NCBI GenBank assembly: GCA_951406725.2
Contig: OX597829.1
Coordinates: forward strand, 42,532,001 to 42,596,000
Origin: Octopus vulgaris
Lineage: Eukaryota
Direction: 5' to 3'
Length of the DNA stretch: 64,000 nt
Below are positions 11,420 to 27,148 of the stretch, in pieces; within the stretch, counting starts at the first letter, position 1; each line of letters begins with the position of its first letter. The position numbers and the translations under genes are program-made. The notes under the pieces were generated by a model. The model ran no database searches and was not told where the DNA came from. It was given only the letters and a program-made list of their open reading frames with translations.

Positions 11420-14085
11420 GAATCCAGGCAGGATTAGACATGCTCTCGAGGGAAATCTCTGTGTTAGACCGAACAGAGAAAGGGGAACTTAAAAGGGAAC
11501 AAAAATTACAGGGCGCTGAAAAGGAAGCATGATATTGAAAGAAAGGGCCTGAAATTAGTAGTGGAAGAACTGAAACAGCGCCTCGTTGAAAGGAAAGCAA
11601 AGATGGTACGATACGACAAAAGAATGAATGGTTACCACCAGAATAGGCTATTCAGCGTAGATCAGAAGAAATTCTATAAAGAAATAAATGGAGAGTGTAC
11701 AGATGAAAAGTTGATACCAGATAACATTGAAAGTCAAAGGTTTTGGAGCGACATTTGGAACAATGACAAGGAGCACAAGAAGGATGCTGAATGGTTGCAA
11801 GAACTGAAACAAACAATAGTCTGTCCAGAACAAGAAGAACTAGTCACTTCAGTTAGTGAAGTGAAGGAAATCAACTGGAAAGACCCGGGCCCAAACGGAG
11901 TTCAAGGCTACTGGATCAAAAGATTTGGTCAATGTCATGCACGAATAGCTGCGCAACTCAACACCTTGTTAAATGTCGACCAAGGAATACCAACGTGGTT
12001 GACATTGGGTAGGACAGTGCTGTGACTGAAAAACATCGAAAAAGGCAGTACGGTAGAAAATTACAGGCCGATATCCTGTTTGCCACTTATGTGGAAGTTA
12101 TTGGCTGTAATACTCACAAAGTCAATGTACGAATATCTGGTAAAAAATGGAGTCCTGCTACATGAGTAGAAAGGTTGCAAGCGTAAGTGCAGAAGTATTA
12201 AGAATCAACTCCTGATAGACAAAACTATACTTAGAGACTGCAAGAGGAGGAAAAGTAACTTAGCCATGTCATGGATCGACTATCGCAAGGCGTGAGATAT
12301 GATCCCACATTCTTGGCTTATGGAGTGTATGAACCTCTTTGACATTGCATCGAATGTTGAGCGAATGCTTGAAAAAATATGACGATTTGGACGACGGACC
12401 TGACAGTATACGGAAGAAGTTTAGGGACAGTAGAAATTAAGAGGGGCATCTTCCAAGGGGACTGCCTGTCCCCACTGATATTTGTACTGTGCTTGATACT
12501 ACTGACACTGATTCTGAGGAAAGCAAAAGCTGGGTATGTATTGAAAAGCCGCCAGCAAAAAGTCAACTATTTGTTATTCATGGATGACCTCAAACGTTAT
12601 GGTAAAGATGAAGCCCCCCCACAAGTCTGTTCCCTCGTTGATACGGTGTATACCTGCAGTGATAATATCAGAATGGAGTTCGGACTGAATAAGTGTGGTG
12701 TGTTAGTCTTGAAGAGAGGCAAAATCAAATGTATGGACGGGCTAACGATACTGTCAGGGGAGGTAATGAAATAGATAGAAGAGACGGGCTGTAAGTACTT
12801 GGGGATTTTGAAATTGGATAAATTAATGGAGAAAGAAATGACAAAAAAATTTAAGGTGGAGTAATTGTGCAGACTGAGACTGATCCTTAAGTCGAAATTA
12901 AATGGGCGGAATAAGATCGAAGGTATCAACATCTGGGCGGTTTCCCTCCTTAGTTATGGAACAGGGTAATCGCATGAACAGTAAACAAACTAAACAGCTT
13001 AGACAGAAAGACAAGGAAGTTGTTAACTAGATATGGGTCACTCCAACCAAAAAGTGACACAGATAGACAGTATGTACCAAGAAAAAGAGGACTTATTGGA
13101 TGCGAACACAGTATTAGAGCAGAAGAAAACAACATAGCATGGTATGTAAAAAAATGCCACATACCCGCTATTATTAGAAGTGAGAAGGTCAGGCTTGTAA
13201 AGGATGAAAGATTGCAAAGATAAAACACTATATAAGAAATTGAGAACGAATGAAACTGAAAATAGGTGGGTAAAGAAAAGAATGCATGGTCAATTTCATA
13301 GGGATGTTAAAGATAAGAGAGACAGAGAAAAAAAGTGGCTGTGGATGATTAAAAGTGATTTAAAACCGGAAAAGGAAACTCTAATTTGTGCTGCGCAAGA
13401 GCAAGCACTAAGAACAAACTACATAAAATACAGAATTGACAACACAGCAGAAGGTGATAAGTGCAGAATCTGTGAAACCGTATGGCATATTACCAGCCAA
13501 TGTACGCCACTAGCCCAGAAGGAATATAAGAGACGCCATGACAATATAGCCAGGCTTGTCCATTGAACACTTTGCAACAAGTATGGACTGGACAGAGCAA
13601 AACATTGGTACGACCATAAATCTTAAGGCATCGTCGAAAATAAAAATGCAAAGATCGTATGGGATTTTATGATTCAGTGCGACCATGAGATAGAGAATAG
13701 GAAGCTTAATTGAGAAAGAAAACAAACTATGCTGGATCATAGATATAGCATGCCCAGCTGACAACAAGGTATGCGATAAGGAAGAAAGAAAAGTGGAGAG
13801 ATATGACAGGTTAGCTTGAGAAGTTAAGCAGTTGTGGTTGATGAAAAGGTAGCAGTAATAACAATAATTGTCGGAGCCCTGGGAACAGTGAGCATAAATC
13901 TCGAGATGTACATGTAAGCAATAGAGGCTGCAATAAGGGTGGAGCACTTGCAGAAAAGAGCACTGCTTGGAACTGCTCGAATACTCCGGAAGGTGCTCGA
14001 AAAATAAGAGGTGTTAGCTTAGTTCACTTGTAGTGAACAGCTGACATTGTAGTACATCTCCAGCATTAGAAGCTGTGCAAAGGCA
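11420..14085 (+). mobile_element. Degenerate R4/Dong-like retrotransposon (RT + zinc knuckle + RLE), different subfamily
   Basis: QNRLF...KKFY, PGPNGVQGYWIK, YRPISCL, RGIFQGDCLSPLIF, LLFMDDLK (RT catalytic), MEFGLNKC, AAQEQALRT, CRIC, RRHDNIA; many stops; flanked by (TAA)n both sides. Confidence 0.92.
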
Positions 14086-14106
14086 ATAATGATAATAATA
14101 ATAATA

Positions 14107-14196
<90 letters not shown>

Positions 14197-14223
14197 GTAA
14201 TAGTAATAATAATAATAATAATA

Positions 14224-14317
<94 letters not shown>

Positions 14318-14547
14318 TAAAAATAATAATAATAATAATAATAAAAATAATATTAATAATAATAAAAATAATAAAAATAATAATAATAATAAAAATAATA
14401 TTAATAATAATAAAATGATGATAATAATAATAATAATAATAATGATAATAATAATAATAATATTAATAATAATAATAATAAAAATTAAAATAATAATAAT
14501 AATAATAATAATAATAGTAATAATAATAATAATAATAAAAATAAAAC

Positions 14548-14579
<32 letters not shown>

Positions 14580-14596
14580 TAATAATAATAATAATG

Positions 14597-14627
<31 letters not shown>

Positions 14628-14633
14628 TAAAAA

Positions 14634-14721
<88 letters not shown>

Positions 14722-14735
14722 GTAATAATAATAAT
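14086..14735. repeat. (TAA)n microsatellite, degenerate
   Basis: Direct reading. Confidence 0.97.
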
Positions 14736-15171
14736 AAGAAGAAGAACAGCAACAACATCAATATTAATCCTTTCTAGACACAAGGCGTAAAATTTGTTGG
14801 AAAGAGTTAGTCAATGCATTGACCTCAGTACTCTGTTGGTACTTATTTCGTCAACCCTGAAAGAATGAAAAGCAAAGTTGATCTCAGCGGAATTTGATCC
14901 CAGAACAAAGCACCGAAAAGCATTTTGAACAAGTGTAATAATCATGATGATGATGATTAAATTATTTAAGATTAATTGCAAATCAAGATATTCCAAAGAG
15001 AGAGGAATTCCTTCACTAACATTCTGTTGGTTCAGAATGTTGAGAAACTAAGAGAATCTCGTTGGGATTCGAAATCTGGATGTGAGACATCTGAACAAAC
15101 GCCACAAAGCTGTTTGCGATACTGTGACGTTTTCGCTTATACACCTCCTAAAATAAATAGCTTTCTAAAAA

Positions 15172-15958
15172 GGCGGCGAGCTGGCAGAGTCGTTAGCACG
15201 CTGGACGAAATGCTTAGCGGTATTTTGCTCGTCGCTATGTTCTGAGTTCAAATTCCGCCCAGGTCGACTTTGCCTTTCATCCTTTCGGGGTCGATAAATT
15301 AAGTACCAGTGACGCACTGGGGTCGATGTAATCGACTTGATCCGTTTGTCTGTACTTGTTTGTCCCCTCTATGTGTAGCCCCTTGTGGGTAGTAAAGAAA
15401 TAGGAATTTCGTCTGCCGTTACGTTGTGAGTTCAAATTCCGCCGAGGTCGACTTTGCCTTTCATCCTTTCGGGGTCGATTAAATAAGTACCAGTTACTCA
15501 TTGAGGTCGATATAATCGACTTAATCCGTTTATCTGTCCTTGTTTGTCCTCTCTGTCTTTAGCCCCTTGTGGGTAGTAAAGAAATAGGTATTTCGTCTGC
15601 TGTTACGTTGTGAGTTCAAATTCTGCCGAGGTCGACTTTGCCTTTCATCTTTTCGGGGTCGATTAAATAAGTACCAGTTACTCATTGAGGTCGATATAAT
15701 CGACTTAATCCGTTTGTCTGTCCTTGTTTGTCCTCTCTGTGTTTAGCCCCTTGTGGGTAGTAAAGAAATAGGTATTTCGTCTGCCGTTACGTTCTGAGTT
15801 CAAATTCCGCCGAGGTCGACTTTGCCTTTCATTATTTCAGGGCCGATAAATTAAGTACCAGTTACGCACTGGGGTCGATATAATCGACTTAATCCCTTTG
15901 TGTGTACTTGTTTTGTCCCCTCTATGTTTAACTCCTTGTGGGCAATAAAGAAATAAAG
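15172..15958 (+). mobile_element. Tetrameric Meta-domain tRNA-SINE (family B): one headed unit plus three headless ~184-bp units
   Basis: Head GGCGGCGAGCTGGCAG...GAGTTCAAATTCC (B-box-like); central GTCGACTTTGCCTTTCATCCTTTCGGGGTCGATAAATTAAGTACCAG resembles the MetaSINE domain; direct repeat AATAGCTTTCTAA at 15156-15168 and 15959-15971. Confidence 0.85.
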
Positions 15959-16675
15959 AATAGCTTTCTAACAATGGAAGAAGACCAGAAACTTGTGCGG
16001 TGGGCTTGGTTGATTAAAACGATCATAGGGTATAACTGTTGATTTAATTTATCGACACCAAACACAAAATGCTGGGTGCAATTTAGCCCGGCTTATTTGT
16101 ATACAATAAGGAAGGTCTCTGAAAATTTTAACGATTAGGTGCATTCGACAAAATTAGCAATAATTCTTTTCGATTTAGGCACATACGTAGCTATTATGAG
16201 GGGACGGGATTAGTCGATTACATCAACCAAAAATACTGCACTGATGTCGACACGATACTTTTACTTCATCGATGATAGAGGCGATGCAAGAAAAAGTTCT
16301 TCTCAGCGAAAATTCGAAATCACAAGTTATATAAAGAACGCGAAAAAAATACTGCATGGCCATATGTAATTGTTTGTACCAACAGAAATATAATAAATTA
16401 GCCTCTATACTTATATTGAAATAATTATTGCTGCTATTTTCAACAACAAAGACAAGCGCTGGAAAACAAAAAAACAAGAAAAGAAAAACAAAAAGAAAAT
16501 AAAACAAAGAAAGAGATTTTAGTAGTTATTCAGGAACATTAATGAAGTTGTATTCTCTGCAAACATCAAAAATTTAAAAATAATGAATGTATAAAAATTT
16601 AGCAGCAGTATATATATATATATATATATATAAAGATATATATATACATGTAAAGATATATATATACATGTAAAG

Positions 16676-16708
<33 letters not shown>

Positions 16709-16711
16709 TAC

Positions 16712-16800
<89 letters not shown>

Positions 16801-16865
16801 GTATATATATATGTATATATATATGTATATATATCAATACCTATATTTATCTATCTACCTATCTT

Positions 16866-16924
<59 letters not shown>

Positions 16925-17579
16925 GAGAGTGTACATAGATGTATAGGTACACATTGCATTAATACTTGTATTTATATATATATATATATATATACATGTA
17001 TACACATACACACATACATACGTACATATAGATATATACATATATATATATATATACATGTAAATATATATACATATGTATATAGCTACATCTACACACA
17101 CACACGCACGCACAAACAGATACACTCACACACACACATATATATATACATAAGATGGGAATTTATGTCTCAAAGTGCACAAAATGTGTTTAAGTGAGTG
17201 CGTATGGAAAGTTTGGTACACACTTGTACAATTATTTAAAATGCCTTTTAGAAAAATGTATGCTTTTAGATCTTGGAATAAAAAAAAAATTGAGGAAATT
17301 TTGTGTAAAACTATTTTGAATTGCTTTTCGTCTTTTCCATGTAAAATGAAGTGTTTTGGTTTACAAATTTGAAATTATTATTCTTATTGTTTTTTTTCTT
17401 CATATTTATAAATATAATAAAAGCAGGAAAATTGATTGCTCTATATTGACTTCAAATTATTGATGTTTTGAATGTTTTAGAAATATACGCGAATTTTTAT
17501 ATTTTTACGACGGCATTGATGTACTTACTACGCGTGTACATACGAGTGTGTGCGAATGGCCCGGTGAGGATATACATAT

Positions 17580-17786
<207 letters not shown>

Positions 17787-18101
17787 TATATTTATAGATA
17801 TATATGTATATATGTATGTATATATACATATATGCATATGTATGTATATATACATATACATATGTATATGTTTATGTATACCTAAGGCTGTAATTGCTTA
17901 TGCGGATGCGTGTTGGGGTTTGTGTGCTTATTCATGAATTCAACATTAAATGCTTTCATTGTTTCGAACAAACGAATAAAAATAGTGCCAAAAGATATAT
18001 CCATATATATATAAGCACACGCAAATACGCACACTCCCGAATAAATATAAATAAATACGAATATATACATACATACATACATACATACATACATACATAC
18101 A

Positions 18102-18137
<36 letters not shown>

Positions 18138-18253
18138 CATACATATGCATACATACATACATACATACATACATTCATACATACATACATACATACATAC
18201 ATACATACATACATACATTCATACATACATACATACATACATACATACATACA

Positions 18254-18288
<35 letters not shown>

Positions 18289-18621
18289 GTATTTATGTAT
18301 ATTTATATATATATATGTATATATATACATATATGTTTATATATATATATGTATATATATATATATGCGTATATGCATATGCGTTTATGCACAAACATAC
18401 ATGCATATATATATATATATATATACATATATGTATATATACATACACATACATACATATGTGGGTATTTCAATACACACATATGTCGAACAATGATGAT
18501 GATGATTTCAATATCAAACTAAAGCTGTGTATGTATGTGCGAGCAGTCCCGCGTGCATATGCACATCTATTCCTCCATATAAGGATAGCTGTTTGCATAT
18601 AAATGTGCGTGTGTTTCTCTT

Positions 18622-18702
<81 letters not shown>

Positions 18703-19165
18703 AAGAGAAAGAGCGAAGGGAAAATGAAATGGAATATGAGTTAGTGTTTGTGTGCTGTAGGAGAGAAAAATGAAAACAAAAAAGAGAAAGAGGCACAAAT
18801 GTGTCTTGGTATACAAATGTACATGCATTATATGTATAAGTACATGCAATCAGACATCTTTGTGGTAAATTATAGTTGCAAACACTCTATAAAATTAGAG
18901 ATAAAAATATACACTTACTCTTAGGTAACATACGATATAAATAGGCTGCTTCATATTTATATAAACGTAAACCAAACCATACACATGTTTCTATATACAC
19001 ATATTTCTTCACGGGTGTACATATTACATATAAATACACATATCTACCCATAACACCCAAACACCCAAGCAAACACACACACATATATATTCATCTTTTG
19101 CTTTCTCTATTTCTCTCTCTCTCTCCCTCTCTTTCTCTTTATACATTATATATATATATATGTAT

Positions 19166-19239
<74 letters not shown>

Positions 19240-19297
19240 TACAAATGCATGTGTGTTCGTATGTGTATGTGCGCGTTGTGTGTACGTGTATGTACAC

Positions 19298-19328
<31 letters not shown>

Positions 19329-19454
19329 TGTGTGTGCCGTGTAAATATAGAATGCTTCCACATATGACTGAATCTAATCAAGCATGATTAAATTGTATTT
19401 CTATAGCACCTCAGGATATACATAGAGACATAGAATCGCCGCTTATGTTCATAC

Positions 19455-19530
<76 letters not shown>

Positions 19531-19637
19531 ATATCATACTATATTATATTTTATTATATATAAATATAAGTGTGTTTGTATATGCGCACCTATAGTAATG
19601 TGTGTATTCAAGTGAGTGTATGTATATATATATATGC

Positions 19638-19679
<42 letters not shown>

Positions 19680-19853
19680 ATAAGTACGCATATTCACTTA
19701 TTACAACTTACCCTCTTATGAAACCTGATGTTACACACCTCAAGATGATCAGTAAATTATACATTCATAACTGAATTAGGAATATTTGTAGCAGAAACTT
19801 AACAATGATTAATAATAATAATAATAATAGTAATAATAATAATAATAGTAATG

Positions 19854-19939
<86 letters not shown>

Positions 19940-20032
19940 AATGATGATGATAATGATGACGATGATGATGATGATGATAACGATAATAACAATAATAATA
20001 ATAATAATAATAATGATAATAATAATAATAAC

Positions 20033-20077
<45 letters not shown>

Positions 20078-20689
20078 TTTTTTAGATATTTATGATGATG
20101 ATGATAATGATGATAATAATGATAATTATACTGATGATGATGATGATAATAATAATAATATTAATAATAGTAATAATAACAACAACAACAACAACAACAC
20201 TAATAATAATAATAGTAATGATAATAATAATAATAGTAATAATAATAATCTCATATTTCTTTACATAATTTCATGCAACTCATATTCCTTGTACATTGTA
20301 TGTATGCACATACGTGCATGTCTATGTATGCACATGCACGCATGTAGCAAAATATATATATATGCATATAATAAACAGTCACAGACATATACGTATGTGT
20401 ATGTATATACAAATATATGTATTATGCAAACTCACATATATGAACATATGCATACACACACACTCACACACACACACACACGCATATATAAACACACACA
20501 TACACATATGCTATGTGCATACACGTATGTCTATATAGATATGCGCCTAAGTATCAATGCCTCTATCTGTCCATCTATCCATATAACTATATATGTATGT
20601 ATATATAAATATATATATATTTTATATAAAAATATATATACTTATATATACATACATATATATATAGATATATATGTACATGTTTGTGT

Positions 20690-20885
20690 GTCTGTTTGTG
20701 CCCCCACTGTCGCTTAACAACCGATGTTGGTGTGTTTATGTCCCCGTAACTTAGCGGTTTGGCAAGAGAGACCGACAGAGTAAATACTAGGCTTACAAAG
20801 AATAAGTCCTGAGGTTTGTTCGACTAAAGGCGTGGCTCCAGCATGGTCGCAGCCAAATGACCGAAACAAATGAAAAGAATAAAAG
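20690..20885 (+). mobile_element. SINE family A 3' half
   Basis: GTTTGTGCCCCC...ACAACCGATGTTGGTGTGTTTATGTCCCCGTAACTTAGCGG...CCAGCATGGTCGCAGCCAAATGACCGAAACA. Confidence 0.8.
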
Positions 20886-20925
20886 AGAAGAATATATATA
20901 GACAAATAGACAGATGTGAGTGCAC

Positions 20926-20999
<74 letters not shown>

Positions 21000-21556
21000 T
21001 CTTTGTGCTTGTGTACCTGAACAGCACTACCTGTCAATTTGACAATCGGTGCTGTTGTTTACGTACCCAGAATAAGTGACAGGTACGGAACTAAACCCTC
21101 GAAGGTGTTTGTGCCAGCATGGCTGCAGACCAATGGTAAAAACATGAAAATACATTCATAAATGTATATATGTATATATGTATAGGGATATATGTATACG
21201 TGCCTATTAATACTAAGTTATATAGTTATATGTTTCGAAATACACAGATACATTCATTCCTATATATATACATCTCTGCATCAGTGCACAAGAATCTCAC
21301 TTGCTCACTCATTCTACACATTTAATCATGTATGTATAACTCTGTCTCTTTGTCTGTCTGCCTATGCGTCTGTCGATTTGTCTCTATGCGTATATGGGTG
21401 TATAAACGCACACTCATGTACACACGCTGTATATTATAATTATGGGTACATACACTTGTTTATGACGGCAAGCACATGTAAGTTATACATCAATACATAC
21501 ATACACACACACACACATATATATATATGCTTACATACATACACACATACGGACTG

Positions 21557-21652
<96 letters not shown>

Positions 21653-21795
21653 TATATATACTTATATATATATACATTCTCAAAAATGTTAAGTAGAGTG
21701 AGAGAATGATTGTTTATACAGAGATTGTTCGATTCATAGGTAAGTTGAAACAGACACACGCATGTATATGCGTACACGCAGACACACACAAACAC

Positions 21796-21852
<57 letters not shown>

Positions 21853-21994
21853 CACAAATATATATGTATACATATATCTATAAACACAAAAACACACACT
21901 CATACACATATACACACACATATATATGTATGTATATAAGCGTGTTTGTGTGTATATATATATATATGTAGGTATATACTCTCTTTTTTTCTCT

Positions 21995-22183
21995 CTTTTA
22001 CTTGTTTCAGTCATTTGACTGCGGCCATGCTGGAGCACCGCCTTTAATCGAGCAAATCGACCCCGGGACTTATTCTTTGTAAGCCCAGTACTTATTCTAT
22101 CGGTCTCTTTTGCCGAACCGCTAAGTAACGGGGACGTAAACACACCAGCATCGGTTGTCAAGCAATGCTAGGGGGACAAACAT

Positions 22184-22228
<45 letters not shown>

Positions 22229-22393
22229 TACGACAGGCTTCTTTCAGTTTCCGTCTACCAAATCTACTCACAAGGCATTGGTCGGCCCGGGGCTATAGCA
22301 GAAGACACTTGCGCAAGATGCCACGCAGTGGGACTGAACCCAGAACCATGTGGTTGGTTAGCAAGCTACTTACCACACAGCCACTCCTGCGCC
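21995..22393 (-). mobile_element. Full-length tRNA-derived SINE family A
   Basis: Minus: GGCGCAGGAGTGGCTGTGTGGTAAG (A box)...GGGTTCAGTCCC (B box), CORE-like CTTGCGCAAGTGTCTT, internal (TA)(TG) tract, AAAAGAG tail. Confidence 0.88.
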
Positions 22394-22576
22394 TATGTAT
22401 ATATATGTATATATATATGTACATATATGTACATATAGGGAGAAAGAGAGAGAGATAATGACGCACATGCAGCATAGAGTTACTGAAATCTACAAATAAG
22501 CGCACCTCACATATGTATTCAACCGATATGTGTGTGTGTGTGTGTGCATATATATAAATATGTGTGTGTGTCTGTG

Positions 22577-22627
<51 letters not shown>

Positions 22628-22709
22628 CTATCTAGGCAAAAACACACACATACACATAAATATATACGTATTCATATTTTTATATGTATATATATATATA
22701 TATATATGC

Positions 22710-22799
<90 letters not shown>

Positions 22800-23449
22800 A
22801 TATGTATGCATGTATGTATGTATACATGTGTATTCATCCTCAAGAAGGAGCATTACAATATTTGCGGCGAATCTATTCAAAATACATTTCTGTTTTTTTT
22901 TGTTTTTTTTTTTAATCTTTTATCTTTCTGTTTCTTTTAATACCATAAATTACCGTTATTCAAAGAGACATAACTACTACAGGCAATTCATGAAAACTAA
23001 TAATAATTCATTTGTGATTTAAAACGTTTTTCAAAATTGTATGCATATTTTCCTAAAACTCATGTGAATTTTTCCAAAATTGACTTATATAGCTGTCTAT
23101 TTACTTATCTGTCTATCTTCGTTTATTGTATCGATTTCTTTGGTGTTGCTTACATTCCTTATTTCCTGTTTTTTTTTTATTTATTTTTGTTCGTTCCATG
23201 CTTGTTAAATTATTATTATTTTGTTTTGAATTTAAATTTAAAAAAAAAAAATTTTGTGTGTATTATTTATCCACTGTTTTTCCGTCATTATGCACACGCG
23301 CATAAAGCCAAAGCAGTATATATACGGCCGACAATATACGTCTACTTAAAAAGATGTAGGCATTTAACATTTTTAACAAAAGTACGCTCATCACTTGCAT
23401 CCAACAATCAACGGTTGTATATTACAGCACAAAACGCGCACAAACATAT

Positions 23450-24032
23450 GCATACATACATACATACATACATACATACATACATACATACATACGTGCA
23501 TTACATACATACATACATACATACAGGCATACATACATACATACATGCATACAAACATACATACATACATATATGCATACATACATAAATACATACATAC
23601 ATACATGCATGCATACATACATACATACATACATACATACATACATACATACACACATACATACATACATACATACATACATACATACATACATACATAC
23701 ATACATACATACATACATACACATACATACATACAAACATACATACATACATACAGGCATACATACATACATACATACATGCATACATACAAACATACAT
23801 ACATACATACAGGCATACATACATACATACATACATACATACATGCATACATACAAACATACATACATACATACATACATACATACATACATACATACAT
23901 ACATAAATACATACATACATACAAACATATATGCATACACACATACATACATACATAAATACATACATACATACATACATACATACATACATACATACAT
24001 ACATACATACATTCATGCATACATACATACAT
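23450..24032. repeat. (CATA)n tetranucleotide array
   Basis: Direct reading; similar arrays at 18065-18282, 33195-33257 and 44733-44812. Confidence 0.97.
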
Positions 24033-24413
24033 ACGTACGCAAGTATAAATGTATAAGATAGCAAGGTCGTACGCATTCTCCACACACACATACACAAACA
24101 CACATGCAGCATTTATGGTTGTACGGTTCAATGTGCGTGTATGCAGGTTTTGTGTGTGTCCAAATATCATATTCATAATACGTATATATATACATATATA
24201 TATATGTGTATGTATATGTATGTATATATACATACATACATATATATGTACATATATGTATATATATATATGTATATGTATATGCACATATATGTACATA
24301 TATATGTATATATGTATATGTATATACATACATATCTATATATATATGTATATGCATACACACACACATATATATATATTTATATGTATATATATATATG
24401 CATATATACATAC

Positions 24414-24452
<39 letters not shown>

Positions 24453-24458
24453 CATACT

Positions 24459-24506
<48 letters not shown>

Positions 24507-24523
24507 TATATACACACACACAT

Positions 24524-24567
<44 letters not shown>

Positions 24568-24658
24568 GGGATTTTGTCTTGAAAAGTTCCTTTGCCTGGA
24601 AGAAAATCCTGATTCTCTCACATTTAGGTAACGCAGAAGTCTATCCCTAATTTTTCAA

Positions 24659-25080
24659 TATACGGAGAAATAGTTAAAATTACTATTCCCCCCCCCTTTT
24701 CTATATGTACTACGCACGTTTCTAAATATCCACTACGTTTCTATGTCTACTACGTACGTTTCATTCATCGATACTCTATGGACTGAGAACTCCGTTGTCA
24801 GGTTGCTGACGTGAAGTAAAATGCTAAATGCTTATGATATTCAAATTGGTAGCTCCATCTCTTTAGTATCCACTGGATTTATTTAGTATACAAACTCATC
24901 GGTTATTTATTTCTCTGGGATTGGTCAAATGATGTAAACACCTTTGATGAGAAACCAACATGGTTCCAATAATCGATTAAGGCTGTTCGTAGTTTTTCAA
25001 TCAGCGGAGAATTAGTTCGATTTGCTCTGTTTGCAGTTCTTTTCAATAACGTTACATGCGTTACGTATGTAGTAATCATA
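24659..25080 (-). mobile_element. Possible Tc1/mariner 3' relic
   Basis: Minus translation DYY...LLKRTANRANRTNSPLIEKLRTALIDYW resembles a Tc1/mariner C-terminus; terminus TA-TACGGAG...; degenerate. Confidence 0.35.
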
Positions 25081-25149
25081 ACGCTTCTATATATAACTAT
25101 ATATATACTTGTCTATGTCTATCTATCTATTTATGTATCTTTTAATCTT

Positions 25150-25522
25150 TTAATTGTTCCGGTCATCAGACTGCGTCCATGCTGGAGCACCGGCTTGAGG
25201 AAATTTTAGTCGATTGAATCGACAGAGGTAGTTATCGGTTCTCGGGCCGAACCGCTATGTTACAAGGATGTAAAGACACCAACATTGGTTGTCAAGCGGT
25301 GTTGTCAAACACAGGCACAAAGATAAACACACACATACGCACACACGCACATATACGATGGGCTTCTTTTAGTTTCTGTCTATCAAATCCACACACGAAG
25401 CTTTGGTCAGCACGAAGCTATAGCAGAAGACACCCGCCTAAGGTGTCACACAATGGCACCGAACCCGGAACCATGCGGTTGGGAAGCAAGCTTCTTATCA
25501 TACAACAACATGCCTATGCCAA

Positions 25523-25563
<41 letters not shown>

Positions 25564-25790
25564 GCATATATATATATATATATATATATGCATATATATA
25601 TATATATTCTTTTACTTGTTTCAGTCATTTGACTGCGGCTATGGTTGAGCATCGCCTTTAGCCGAACAAATCGACCTATTCTTTATAAGCCTAGTACTTA
25701 TTCTATCGGGGATGTAAACACACCAACATCGGTTGTCAAGCGATGGTGGGGAGACAAACACAGACACACAAACACACACATACACGCGCG

Positions 25791-25844
<54 letters not shown>

Positions 25845-25980
25845 AACATATACATACGACGGTTTCCTATTAATTTCCATCTACCACATCCACTCACAAG
25901 TCTTTGGCCGCCCCGAGTATATAGTAGCTCACTAAGGTGTCACGCAGTGGAACCGAACCCAGAATCGTGTGTTGTTTGGG
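25150..25980 (-). mobile_element. Two diverged SINE family A copies in tandem (about 25150-25510 and 25610-25980)
   Basis: Recognisable family A head and tail motifs with many substitutions. Confidence 0.75.
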
Positions 25981-27108
25981 AACCTATACATTGTTATATA
26001 TATATATATAAATTACTTTTCCACTAAAGTAAGATCAACAAAAGCAGTACTCCATCCGGTTAGGAATAAATATTGTTTAATGTACATAGTATATAGCTAT
26101 GAGCCACTAATATTTTCATAAATCGGTTATTAAACCTGCCGGGTAAACATTTGCAATGTATGAAACTGTTCATAACTGTAGTTCATAACTGTGTACTGTG
26201 TACATTAAACAACACACGCGCAATCATACACGCGCGCGCACACACACACACACTCATATATAAACACAAGTACGTATACAACCCATAAAATTTCTCTACG
26301 TCATTGGGTTATAGAATTGCCAGTCTAACACCAGAATTTGCTTTTATACACACTGGTCTGACCACAGTATTTTAAAATGACATGATGAATAAACTCATTC
26401 TGTTTCGTTTTCGATGGAGTGCATGGAAAAATGTACTTTGAATCTCCAACGTGTTTGAAAGAACGGTAATGCTCTCCACATTAGCCATACTTCATCTGCT
26501 GATAAAAAGGAAGAAGTGTATGTGTGTGTGTGTGTGTGTGTGTTTGTGTGTGTTTTTATGCATATATATGAATCCCTTTTCCCACTATATGGCCGTGAAA
26601 AGGATTGGTTTCGCCACGAAATGTAAATATCTCAGTTTTACTTCACCTTATGTAAAACAAGAAGAATTGATATGAAAATATTCTAAGCTTCTTAATCCTA
26701 CATCAGAGAAATGACATCCAAATTATATCTATATAAAAGTAAAGTGGTTTAAAATTATTTATAACAGTACTCAGACAATCAAGTCTGAACAGTAGGATCG
26801 GATTGCACGGACTGAACCTCACTTTAAAATTAATAACCGCAGGCTGGAAAGAAAAGGGCCTTCAGCGATAGGGAAGAGACGAAAGCGACAGGTACTGGAG
26901 GTTACCGACAGAAACAGCCGATATTCCACAAGTAGGTAGCCCATATTCTTCATGATCTTGGACAGAAAACATTGCCATTGTAATCACACCATCACCACCA
27001 TCACCACCACCACCACCACCACCACCACCACCACCACCACCAAAACCACCACCACCACCACCACCACCACCACCAACAACAACAACACCCTCCTCCTCCT
27101 CCTCCTCC

Positions 27109-27148
<40 letters not shown>

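Noticed and set aside
15172-15958. CRISPR-like appearance of regular repeats (also 28235-28950)
   Set aside because: Units are whole SINEs with no unique spacers; eukaryotic context, no cas genes
22330-22393. tRNA gene-like A/B boxes
   Set aside because: SINE heads; no complete cloverleaf and they continue into SINE body
24745-24805. Hammerhead-like CTGACAA...GAAACGTACGTA on minus
   Set aside because: Core mismatch, poor stems, and it lies in what looks like a Tc1/mariner terminal region
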